A stretch of 48,590 nt of DNA from a virus (taxonomy: Duplodnaviria > Caudoviricetes), in IMG/VR virus record IMGVR_UViG_3300038334_000158, positions 1 through 48,590 of that record; one strand, written 5' to 3'. Every line of letters starts with the position of its first letter. Position 1 is the stretch's first letter. A program made the translations under genes and the position numbers. The notes beneath the pieces are model-generated. The model had not been told where the DNA came from. It saw only the letters and a list, made by a program, of their open reading frames with translations, and ran no database searches. Positions 34,158-43,215 of the stretch are shown here, in pieces.

Positions 34158-34537
34158 TGACATCAAACCAAATAGTATCATTTGTTGCCCGGTATTATAA
34201 AGAAAACGGTGGCTTGCTTGCAAATGTTTACAAGCATTCACGGCCAACGGTTGATGCCGGTAGCGAATATGTTGTTGTTAACTCATTAGATATACCAAAC
34301 AAACTACTTCAGGAACTTATTGTAAATGTCAATCTGCATGTGAACGATATCAATTCGACTGTTCCTAATACAGCCCGGCTTGAAGAGTTAGAATCCAATG
34401 CCTACAATGTACTGGACAAAGTTCATTCAGGTGAAATTGACTTGTATATACAAACCTCAAAAACATTTCGCGAGAACTCGCTAAATGAGCATTATGTGAA
34501 TATCAGATTGTTAGTAAAAATTCTTAAAAACAGTTAA
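34154..34537 (+). CDS. Tail terminator protein
   Basis: Position before the tail tube gene; size. Confidence 0.65.
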   Translation: MMTSNQIVSFVARYYKENGGLLANVYKHSRPTVDAGSEYVVVNSLDIPNKLLQELIVNVNLHVNDINSTVPNTARLEELESNAYNVLDKVHSGEIDLYIQTSKTFRENSLNEHYVNIRLLVKILKNS

Positions 34538-34539
34538 TC

Positions 34540-35037
34540 ATGGCAAAGACAAGTATAGACATTGATGACCTGAAACTCGGTGAAATCGAGTCTGATGGTG
34601 GAATGTCATTATCGCTTACCAGCGTTGGCGATATGGAAGAAAAAACCGTTAAATTTAACGGTTCTGAAGCTGCTACCACACCTTTTAAAAATCACAAAGG
34701 TGAAACCCTGGAAGAGTCGGCTAAGGAGGGTGATATTACCATTGAATTTAAGGTGACTGACTTTACTCCCACCTTTGTAGCATCATTTACCGATGGTACA
34801 TCTGGTGCAGGTACCGGTACAGTTACCTTTAAGGCTCCTGATGGTGTACCTGCTAAGGAAATGAGCGTTCAGTTCACTACCCAGCGGGGCATAACCTGGA
34901 ACCTGCCACGTGTATCATTATCGGCCTACCCAATGGTTGACGATGGTGGATTACACGGGTATATGGTAAAAGGCCGTGTGCTTAAGCCTACCAAAACGGG
35001 TGTTGCAAAATACGATTACGAATACGCTTCTGTATAA
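34540..35037 (+). CDS. Major tail tube protein
   Basis: 165 aa, T/G/S-rich, followed by a terminator and chaperones. Confidence 0.75.
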   Translation: MAKTSIDIDDLKLGEIESDGGMSLSLTSVGDMEEKTVKFNGSEAATTPFKNHKGETLEESAKEGDITIEFKVTDFTPTFVASFTDGTSGAGTGTVTFKAPDGVPAKEMSVQFTTQRGITWNLPRVSLSAYPMVDDGGLHGYMVKGRVLKPTKTGVAKYDYEYASV

Positions 35038-35044
35038 TTTGATT

Positions 35045-35074
35045 GGGGGTAATCTCTCCGCCCCCTTTCTTTTT
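35045..35074 (+). terminator. Terminator after the tail tube gene
   Basis: GGGGG-N11-CCCCC then TTTCTTTT. Confidence 0.55.
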
Positions 35075-35085
35075 ATTAACTAACT

Positions 35086-35580
35086 ATGACAGGTTCAGAA
35101 GCAAAAAAAATTGCTGATACTACACTAGATATCGGTAAACGTATATGGATAAAAGTGTTTGGAATTAAGTTCCCATTTTATCTTAAACCACTGCGTGTGG
35201 ATACAATGATTGCACTTTCACCCTATGCATCATTTGTGAAAAGAGTTACCAAAGAATCGGTATCGATTCACATAAATGAGAACGCAGTTCCAATCTCAAA
35301 ATACATTGCTATTTCATTGCTTAATAAGCCTTGGAAAATAATGCTTTTTACAAAAATACTGGCACGGTCAGTTAGGGCAATGATACCCTCCGAACAACTT
35401 GTGTTGTTGCAAAATGCTGAATCAAGGTACGAAACCAACAGTTTTTTTTTGTGTGTGGCATTAGTACAAAGAGCAAGCATAATACTAAACGGAGAGGAAA
35501 ACTCCAGGGAGGAAAAACCATCTGGGGACGAATCGCAATCGGACAAAAAGAGCTCCACAAAAGCCGGGAAGAAATCCTGA
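35086..35580 (+). CDS. Tail assembly chaperone (gpG-like)
   Basis: Between tube and TMP; contains a T9 slippery run at 35442-35450. Confidence 0.75.
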   Translation: MTGSEAKKIADTTLDIGKRIWIKVFGIKFPFYLKPLRVDTMIALSPYASFVKRVTKESVSIHINENAVPISKYIAISLLNKPWKIMLFTKILARSVRAMIPSEQLVLLQNAESRYETNSFFLCVALVQRASIILNGEENSREEKPSGDESQSDKKSSTKAGKKS

Positions 35581-35723
35581 CAATGAGCTATCAAAACTTT
35601 GTAATGGAGATGGTTGATATACCATACTTTGAATACGAAGAAAGTGAAAGCGATGAGGTTGTAAAGCTGAAAGCCAACAGTGCTGAAGAGGAAATAAAAG
35701 AAATGAAAAAAATATTTCATTAA
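35442..35723 (+). CDS. -1 frameshift extension of tail chaperone (gpGT-like)
   Basis: ORF 35451..35723 is in the -1 frame, begins right after T-TTT-TTT and ends at the TMP start. Confidence 0.75.
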   Translation, partial: FFFVCGISTKSKHNTKRRGKLQGGKTIWGRIAIGQKELHKSREEILTMSYQNFVMEMVDIPYFEYEESESDEVVKLKANSAEEEIKEMKKIFH

Positions 35724-38700
35724 TGGAAACCGGGGGTAATTTATATTTCGAATCAGGGATTGATGCCAAAAGGCTTTATGCTGAGTTTAATAAGATAGAA
35801 AGCCACTTAACCAAGCTCACCAACCATGCTGAGGCTCAGGGTTCAAAAATGGATTCTGTATTTAGAAAAGCAGCAACCGCTATTGGTGGATATTTTACCC
35901 TTCAGGCATTTGGCCAGGCAACAAAAGGATTATACCAGTTTTCAACAGATATTAACACAGCATTAACTGAGGTTGCCACAATTTCAGATGAGGTTTTTGG
36001 AAAGTATGATTACTATAAAGAGCAGATTCTTGAAGTTTCGACATTAGGTTCCCAGTCGGGTAAGGCCTTATCTGAGGCTATGTACGATATTGTTTCAGCC
36101 GGTTACGATGGTGAGGCTGGTTTGGAAGTGCTTAGAAAATCGGCTCAAGCCAGTACTGCTGGATTTGTTGAAACAGCAGTGGCAGCTGATGGACTTACAA
36201 CCGTATTAAACGCCTGGGGAAAAGAAGCCAGTGAAGCCGAAGCGGTTTCAGATGTTTTCTTTAAAACAGTAGAAAAAGGTAAAACAACCTTCCCGGAACT
36301 GGCCAGTAAAATGGCCATAGTTGCCCCGTTGGCCTCTTCCATGGGTGTTTCTTTTGAAGAGGTTTCAGCTGCTGTAGCATCGATAACCAAACAGGGTACC
36401 CCAACAGCCCAGGCAATGACCCAGATTCGTAGTTCATTGATTAATATGAACAAGGTGCTTGGGGATGGATGGTCAGACACCATGAGCTACCAGGAGGGTT
36501 TGCAGAAGATTTCTGAAATGGCCGGGGGCTCACAAAATGAACTTAGGAAACTTATTCCCGATATTGAAGGTATAAGTGCTGTTCTTGCCCTTACCGGTGA
36601 TAAAGCTAAAGTTGCTGCAAGTGATCTGGATGCTATGAATAATGCTTTTGGTGCCACATCAGCAGCAGCCGCAAAAGTAGAACAGAGTACTGCCGACATT
36701 GTAAGCCGACTACGAAATAATATACTTAAACAATTATCACCACTTGGAGATAGTGTTATTGAAACCGTTGGCAATATTGGTTCTGAACTTAACGAAGCTT
36801 TTGAAACCGGTAGAATTGATGAGTTTTTTGATAACCTGGGAAAAACACTGAAAGTTGGAGCAGCTTTGATGCTGGTTTTTAATGCCAGCACAATTGCCAC
36901 TACCCTATCGCTAGCATCTCAAGAGGTTGTTTTAAAAATTCTTATAGCCCGTGAGGAGTTGTTAAACCGCTGGACAAAGATAACAGCCGCTACTCAATTA
37001 GCCTGGAATTCATCATCAGCAGCCGGGGTTGGTGTACTAGGGAAGCTTACCGCTGCTACACGTGCTTTATTTGCTACCATGGCAATGAACCCGCTTACGG
37101 CTGTTGTTGCTGTTTTGGGGTTAGCAATGGCCGCTTATTTTAAGTTCAACAAAAGTGTTGAAGAAACAACGGTGAGTGTAGATGAACTGGCAAATTCAAC
37201 AGAGAAATATAATCAATCGTTGGCTGAAGAGTTGGCTAAATCGAACGAACTGTTTGACCGGCTTAGAAAGACTAATGAAGGTTCTGAAACCCGCAACACA
37301 TTAATTAAAGAAATTAATAGCTTGTATGGTAGCTATTTGCCAAACTTGTTAACTGAAAAATCTACGCTTGAAGATATTGAAATAGCCCAATTAGCTGTAA
37401 ACGATGCAATAAGGGAGCATATTGCGTTAAAAGCATCGCAGGAAGAGCGTACCAAAGTATTGGAGGATCAAATAAAAAGGGAACAAGGAGCCTTTAAAGA
37501 GCTTTCCCAAATAATGAACGCCAATGTTTCAGAGGTATCATCAGCTTTTAACGATTTCTTATCAACATCGGTAGATAAGTTTGGATTGTTAGGTGACTTT
37601 TCCAGTTTCTTTGCATTGGATCCAAATGTTTCACAAGAGGCTATTAATCTGATAAACGAAATTGCCAATGCACGGAGGCGGGATGCCGAAACATTGAAAC
37701 GGATTGATGATTTATATTCAGGCTATATCAGGAAAAAAACTAAACCGGAAGGAACTGGAGGTTCAGGAACCGCAACAGGGTTTGATGCTGAAGGATTAAA
37801 AAAAGAACTGGATGATGCCCGGAAAGCATTTGACGAATATGAAAAACTTCAATCGAAAGCCGTAAAAGCTGATTTTGCAGCAAACAACCAATATGTAAAA
37901 GGCAATAACTCTTTTGCCGATTATTTAATGAAACGATACGCTGATGCAAAAGAAATACAGGAAAAAGCCCTTATTGAAATTGCAGCCAGTGAAAGTGATA
38001 TTGTTCTTTCTCCCATCCGTCAATCGAACTTAACCAAGATACAGCCTAAAGGCGCAAGCCCGGTAACTGATGACCGTGGGTTAATTCAACAATATGCTGA
38101 CCAAATATCGGCCATCGATAAGCAGATTAACAAAGCTAAAGATGCTGAACGCATAAAGGACCTGGTAAAAGAGAAAGCTGCTCTTGAGGCGAAACGTAAC
38201 GCCCTTTTAACATATAAAGATGATTCAGACAGCATTTACAAAAAGCTTTTTGCCGATATATCGGGCAAACGGAACAAAGAACTTCGGGAGCAGTTAGCCG
38301 CTATTGATATTCAGATAGCCAAAGAGAAACAAGGCAGCCTTCAACAAATTGAATTAGCAAAAAAGCGGGGTGAGATTGAAAAAGAGCTCCGGGAAAATAC
38401 CATCCAATCGATTAACGATATGGGTGATTTATTTGGCTCAATAGCTGGTTTGCTAGATAATGTTGATTCTGATTTATCAAAAGTATTTGAAACGGCATCG
38501 AAAGTTGCCAGTGGGGTTGCCAATATTGCATCAGGTATCATAACCGGAAACTATATACAGGCTGTGGCATCTGGTATTAGTTTAATATCGGAGCTTATTG
38601 GTGAATTATTTAATAGCGGTAAAACAGCAGCCGAATACAGGCTTGAGGCTGAAAAGATATTGCGACAAATTGAGTTGCTGCAAATGTCGCAACTACAACT

Positions 38701-39667
38701 TCAACAGGAAGCCCGTAACAATAAAGATTTATTTGGTATTGGTAACCCATATCAACAGGCTATTGATGGGGCTGAACGCTATAAAATAGCCACCAGTAAC
38801 TTAGCTAATTTAGTCGATGACCTAAATCAGGAAACAGTTGTAACAAGTCAAAAATGGGTTTCAGGCTTTTTAGGTTTTGGACATTGGAAGGATATTGAGA
38901 GCACACTTAAAGAGGCCTATGGTTGGATTTATGACCCGGAAACTTTTGCACTTAACCCTGAAATTATTGCAAACTACGATAAGCTTGACGAAAGCGGTAA
39001 GAACATAGTTGACAATTGGGAAGAATATACTGCTGAGGTGAAAGAAGCCCAGGAAGACATTAGGTCAAACCTAAAAGAAATTGTTGGTGATATGGGTGAT
39101 GATATTACCAACATGTTGCTAAACGCTTTTAGAAATGGTGATATTTACGATGCTATTGATGATTTAGGCAATTATATAGATAACATGATTGCCAAATTAA
39201 TGGTAGATGCTCTTTTTGCTGCAACACTGGGTCCATTATTCACCAAGCTTGGCGAAGATATGTACAATAGCTTTTATGGTGATAATCCTGATTATAATAT
39301 CACCGATGAATTAAAGGAGTTTAATGGCATATTGCCAACCGTTTTAGGAGCCGTTGAAACGGGCTTAAAAGACATTCAAAAACTTTATCCAAGTGCAGAT
39401 ATTTTCACAACAGGTGAAAGTGGAAGTTCCAACACTTCTACAACTGGTGCTGTAAAAAACATTCAGGAAGATACCGCTCAGATTTTAGCCGGAAGGTTAA
39501 TCAATATTGACACGAAAGTTATTGAAAGCGTAGATTATGCAAGTAGGAACCTGGATATTGGGACTAAAAGTTTAGCTGTGTTGAATGCAATTAAACAAGA
39601 CACAGCAAGGCTTGAAAATATTGAAAAGTACACAAAAGAAACCCGCGATGCGGTGCAATCATTATAA
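35723..39667 (+). CDS. Tail tape measure protein (TP901 family core)
   Basis: 1314 aa helical; SEAMYDIVSAG, VEKGKTTFPELA motifs; hydrophobic segments. Confidence 0.95.
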   Translation: METGGNLYFESGIDAKRLYAEFNKIESHLTKLTNHAEAQGSKMDSVFRKAATAIGGYFTLQAFGQATKGLYQFSTDINTALTEVATISDEVFGKYDYYKEQILEVSTLGSQSGKALSEAMYDIVSAGYDGEAGLEVLRKSAQASTAGFVETAVAADGLTTVLNAWGKEASEAEAVSDVFFKTVEKGKTTFPELASKMAIVAPLASSMGVSFEEVSAAVASITKQGTPTAQAMTQIRSSLINMNKVLGDGWSDTMSYQEGLQKISEMAGGSQNELRKLIPDIEGISAVLALTGDKAKVAASDLDAMNNAFGATSAAAAKVEQSTADIVSRLRNNILKQLSPLGDSVIETVGNIGSELNEAFETGRIDEFFDNLGKTLKVGAALMLVFNASTIATTLSLASQEVVLKILIAREELLNRWTKITAATQLAWNSSSAAGVGVLGKLTAATRALFATMAMNPLTAVVAVLGLAMAAYFKFNKSVEETTVSVDELANSTEKYNQSLAEELAKSNELFDRLRKTNEGSETRNTLIKEINSLYGSYLPNLLTEKSTLEDIEIAQLAVNDAIREHIALKASQEERTKVLEDQIKREQGAFKELSQIMNANVSEVSSAFNDFLSTSVDKFGLLGDFSSFFALDPNVSQEAINLINEIANARRRDAETLKRIDDLYSGYIRKKTKPEGTGGSGTATGFDAEGLKKELDDARKAFDEYEKLQSKAVKADFAANNQYVKGNNSFADYLMKRYADAKEIQEKALIEIAASESDIVLSPIRQSNLTKIQPKGASPVTDDRGLIQQYADQISAIDKQINKAKDAERIKDLVKEKAALEAKRNALLTYKDDSDSIYKKLFADISGKRNKELREQLAAIDIQIAKEKQGSLQQIELAKKRGEIEKELRENTIQSINDMGDLFGSIAGLLDNVDSDLSKVFETASKVASGVANIASGIITGNYIQAVASGISLISELIGELFNSGKTAAEYRLEAEKILRQIELLQMSQLQLQQEARNNKDLFGIGNPYQQAIDGAERYKIATSNLANLVDDLNQETVVTSQKWVSGFLGFGHWKDIESTLKEAYGWIYDPETFALNPEIIANYDKLDESGKNIVDNWEEYTAEVKEAQEDIRSNLKEIVGDMGDDITNMLLNAFRNGDIYDAIDDLGNYIDNMIAKLMVDALFAATLGPLFTKLGEDMYNSFYGDNPDYNITDELKEFNGILPTVLGAVETGLKDIQKLYPSADIFTTGESGSSNTSTTGAVKNIQEDTAQILAGRLINIDTKVIESVDYASRNLDIGTKSLAVLNAIKQDTARLENIEKYTKETRDAVQSL

Positions 39668-39669
39668 TT

Positions 39670-40860
39670 ATGGAACCAACATTTTATATCGATAATGTTA
39701 ACATTGATACTCAATATGGAATTAAGGTATTGAACTATGATTCCCTTATTGCAGGTCAAAAACAGCGTGTAAATACGTATGAATGGCCCGATAAAAGCGG
39801 TGTTGATGTTGATTTCAATAACATTAAATATGAAGCCGGTGAATATACACTAAAATGCATTATGGTTGCAGCAACTGAAGATGATATCGATTCATCAATG
39901 GAAGCTTTAACATATGCCACAAAAACAAAAGGTTTGTTTGTGTTATCTATGCGCGACACTGTATTTAGAAAAGCGTTTTTATGCTACAGAAACGATGATA
40001 TTAGCGGTAAACTCTATTCATCAAAAAATAAGTGCATTTATGAATTTGATTTAAAATTAAAAGGATCCAATCCAAACGCCTTGATAGATTATGTTGATAC
40101 AGGTGTAAGCACAAATTATATATACTCAAACACAAAAGGACCCGGATGGTTGCATTGGGGAGATGGTGTTAAAGAGTTTTTAGAACATAGTGGAGATTAC
40201 TCACACACTTATTTGGTAGCCGGAAAATATGATGTTATTATGGACATTGATAAAGATGCTCCTAACATTGCCCCTCCTTATGTTGTACCTGATTTTGACA
40301 CTGATAAGAGTATTTATGATGTAAACGCGTATGTTACCAAACCATTTACGCTAGAATTACATATGGGTGAAGGTACCACCTCACAGGATATGTACTACCA
40401 TATAATTTTCAACGGAGTTCGCGAAATAATATACATACCATCTGGTACCAACATGGCTACTTTGACAATTACCAGAGAGTTTTTAGATGTGAGTGCCTTA
40501 TCCTATCTTAAAGTTGAAACCTATCTAAATTCAGAATATGGTACCAAGGTCAGATTCTTTATGTTTAAAGGGTCGTTTAAACTTATAAATGCTGGTGTTA
40601 CCCGGTTCAACTTTGTAAACGATAGCGGTACCGCTTACTCTTATTTTCCAAACGAATTTCATTTAGGGAATAATGATATACCAGAGAGTGATATTAATAC
40701 ACTTTTAGAAGCCTTTAATTCGGTAGTTCATTATAGAACCGCAGATCCATTGGTTCTTGATATATCGGGCGGAACAAACGCGGTTCCATCATCAGTAACA
40801 GCTATTGACACTAAAAACACAATGATTTTAAATTTACAAACCTATTCTGACAATGGTTAA
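39670..40860 (+). CDS. Distal tail protein with PKD-like insertion and C-terminal extension
   Basis: Follows TMP; YEWPDKSGVDVD N-terminus; HWGDG...SHTYLVAGKYDV PKD signature. Confidence 0.7.
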   Translation: MEPTFYIDNVNIDTQYGIKVLNYDSLIAGQKQRVNTYEWPDKSGVDVDFNNIKYEAGEYTLKCIMVAATEDDIDSSMEALTYATKTKGLFVLSMRDTVFRKAFLCYRNDDISGKLYSSKNKCIYEFDLKLKGSNPNALIDYVDTGVSTNYIYSNTKGPGWLHWGDGVKEFLEHSGDYSHTYLVAGKYDVIMDIDKDAPNIAPPYVVPDFDTDKSIYDVNAYVTKPFTLELHMGEGTTSQDMYYHIIFNGVREIIYIPSGTNMATLTITREFLDVSALSYLKVETYLNSEYGTKVRFFMFKGSFKLINAGVTRFNFVNDSGTAYSYFPNEFHLGNNDIPESDINTLLEAFNSVVHYRTADPLVLDISGGTNAVPSSVTAIDTKNTMILNLQTYSDNG

Positions 40861-42322
40861 CTGGGTGCAAATATTTAGAACCGGATTGAGTACCGTATAT
40901 GTAAAACCAGGTACCGATTCTGTATTGTATCAAAAATACATGTCAGATGATGTTATTAAATTGAATTTTACGCAATCTGAATACATTGAATTGAATGTGG
41001 GTGATTTTATAGTATTCTCAGGTGTAAAATACACCATCAATAAACAACCCAGATTTGAAAAACTTGGAGTAAATAAATTCAAATACGAATGCAAATTCGA
41101 AGGTCCGATTCATGAGCTAGATAAAGTGGCTTTAATGTTTGACAATTTACCAGTTAAAATTTATACCGGAACTGCTGCTGATTTCTTGTCCTTGTTTGTG
41201 CTCAATATGAATCGTGACCATGTTGGCTATGAAGTTGGAAATGCAGATTCAACCGAAGCTAAAACAATCACGTTCGATAACGACACTGTATTTTCAGCTA
41301 TTAATACAGTGGCCGATGAATTTGGAGTTTCATTCTCTATTGTCAATAAGACACTACATTTTCAGGAAACCGGAGCCACATTAAGCGATTCGTTTAAAGT
41401 TGGGGTTTACCAAGGGTTGTATAATTTATTCCGCAAGAATATTGACAATAGTAATATTATTACCCGCTTGTGGGCTTATGGTTCTGACAGGAACCTTCCA
41501 GTTGGTTACCGGGATTACATTGGAAAACTTGCATTTGCCAACACAGCACTAAGTAATGAAAGCCGTGTTGAAAACAATGTTAACAAATACGGCCTTTGTG
41601 AGCGCACAAAAGATGATTTTGACATTTACCCAACACGCACGGGAACTGTTACCGGTGTTGATTCAGGAAATGTAAGATTATTCATTGATACAGGAATTGA
41701 TTTCAATCTGAATGACTATTTATTACCAGGATTAACACCTAAAATAAATTTTAAAAGTGGTAACCTGATAGGCCGTACATTCGAATGTAGTTACAATAAT
41801 ACTACTAAAACATTCACATTAGATTATTTAACAGATTCCGGGATTACTTTTCCAAACGAAACGGTTAAACCCGAAGTTGGTGATACCTATACCATATATG
41901 ATATTTACCTGCCACAAAGCTATATTGATGATGCTGAGACTCGTTTGAAAACCGCTGCTGAAGCTTACCTTTCAGAATACAGTGTACCCCGGGTGACTTA
42001 TGAACTATCAATTGACCCAATGTATGTAAGAGAAAAAGAAATAAGCATGAATGTAGGTGATTACGTCATTGTGATTGATACGAATCTGGGAATATCAGGT
42101 TTAATAAGGGTAAATGAATTAGAACGCAGCTATTACAATCTGAATAAGTTCAATAAGATTGAAGTGGGTACGCTTCAAAAGTCGGGCAAATTGCAAGAGT
42201 TGTCAAAAAATTTGAATAACACAAAAGCAACAACCTACATCAACACAATAAATATTGCACAAAAAGCAGACACAACAGCGGTTAATACGCTTATTGAAAA
42301 CAACAAAGTAGTATGGAAGTAA
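40853..42322 (+). CDS. Tail tip / baseplate hub (Tal-like) protein
   Basis: IITRLWAYGSDRNLP, DIYPTRTGTV, GDYVIVID motifs. Confidence 0.8.
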   Translation: MVNWVQIFRTGLSTVYVKPGTDSVLYQKYMSDDVIKLNFTQSEYIELNVGDFIVFSGVKYTINKQPRFEKLGVNKFKYECKFEGPIHELDKVALMFDNLPVKIYTGTAADFLSLFVLNMNRDHVGYEVGNADSTEAKTITFDNDTVFSAINTVADEFGVSFSIVNKTLHFQETGATLSDSFKVGVYQGLYNLFRKNIDNSNIITRLWAYGSDRNLPVGYRDYIGKLAFANTALSNESRVENNVNKYGLCERTKDDFDIYPTRTGTVTGVDSGNVRLFIDTGIDFNLNDYLLPGLTPKINFKSGNLIGRTFECSYNNTTKTFTLDYLTDSGITFPNETVKPEVGDTYTIYDIYLPQSYIDDAETRLKTAAEAYLSEYSVPRVTYELSIDPMYVREKEISMNVGDYVIVIDTNLGISGLIRVNELERSYYNLNKFNKIEVGTLQKSGKLQELSKNLNNTKATTYINTINIAQKADTTAVNTLIENNKVVWK

Positions 42323-42549
42323 ATTTTTATAAAAGAACACAAGCTGAATTTGATGCTTTACCTCCAGAAGAGAAAGAAGACCAGGCTCTTTATTTTATCT
42401 CTGATACAGGGGTTATTAAACAGTACGATTTAGCAACCGATTCTTTTATTCCATACGGAGGCCAACCCACTGACCAATTTTTGGATGGAGGGGGTGTAGA
42501 TGAGATTTACCAGATTGATGATGTAATTGATGAAGGGGAAATAGTATAA
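42313..42549 (+). CDS. Small tail fibre adaptor-like protein
   Basis: TQAEFDAL...LYFISD motif; DGGG. Confidence 0.6.
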   Translation: MEVNFYKRTQAEFDALPPEEKEDQALYFISDTGVIKQYDLATDSFIPYGGQPTDQFLDGGGVDEIYQIDDVIDEGEIV

Positions 42550-43214
42550 TGGCAGCAAAAATTCAAATAAAAAGGGGGACAGCAGCAGCTTGGACAGCTC
42601 TGAATCCTGTATTAGCAGACGGACAACAAGGTCTTGAAACAGACACCAACAAGCTAAAGATTGGTGATGGTGTAACCGCATGGAACAGTTTACCCTATTT
42701 TGGCGGTGAAAGTGGTCCCAGTGTCGCCAGTTTAATCCACGGGGCAACCGACAAAGAGACCCCCGTTGATGCTGATGAACTGGCTTTGGTTGACAGTGAG
42801 GATAATAACTCTCTCAAGAAGCTTACTCTTGGCAATTTAAAAGCCACCTTTTTAGCCTGGCTAAAAACGGTATTTACCAGCCGTAAAACTATTGAAGTAA
42901 GTGTAGCCACCGGACAATTACAGTTTGATTTTGACAGCCTCCGCGAAGTTTGGGCAACCAAAACCGGGGGTGGTGCCATTGTGGTGAATGAGAATGTGAC
43001 TATCAGCTATGTGAATGCAGCCAATTTTAAGAGCTTGTGGTTTCCGGTTGAAGTGACCGGAGGAGCAAGGACTTTTACTTTTGCTACTGGTCACAAAAGT
43101 GGGGATTCCCGTTGGGACACTTTATTACTTACTCTAGATGTTGGGTTTTATCAGATTTCTATTATGAATAATGGAAACTACAAGAGTGTGACATGTTCAA
43201 ATGAGGAGGTGTAG
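42549..43214 (+). CDS. Tail fibre protein with major tropism determinant N-terminal (Mtd_N-like) domain
   Basis: IQIKRGTAAAWTALNPVLADGQQGLETDTNKLKIGDGVTAWNSLPY. Confidence 0.85.
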   Translation: MAAKIQIKRGTAAAWTALNPVLADGQQGLETDTNKLKIGDGVTAWNSLPYFGGESGPSVASLIHGATDKETPVDADELALVDSEDNNSLKKLTLGNLKATFLAWLKTVFTSRKTIEVSVATGQLQFDFDSLREVWATKTGGGAIVVNENVTISYVNAANFKSLWFPVEVTGGARTFTFATGHKSGDSRWDTLLLTLDVGFYQISIMNNGNYKSVTCSNEEV

Positions 43215-43215
43215 A

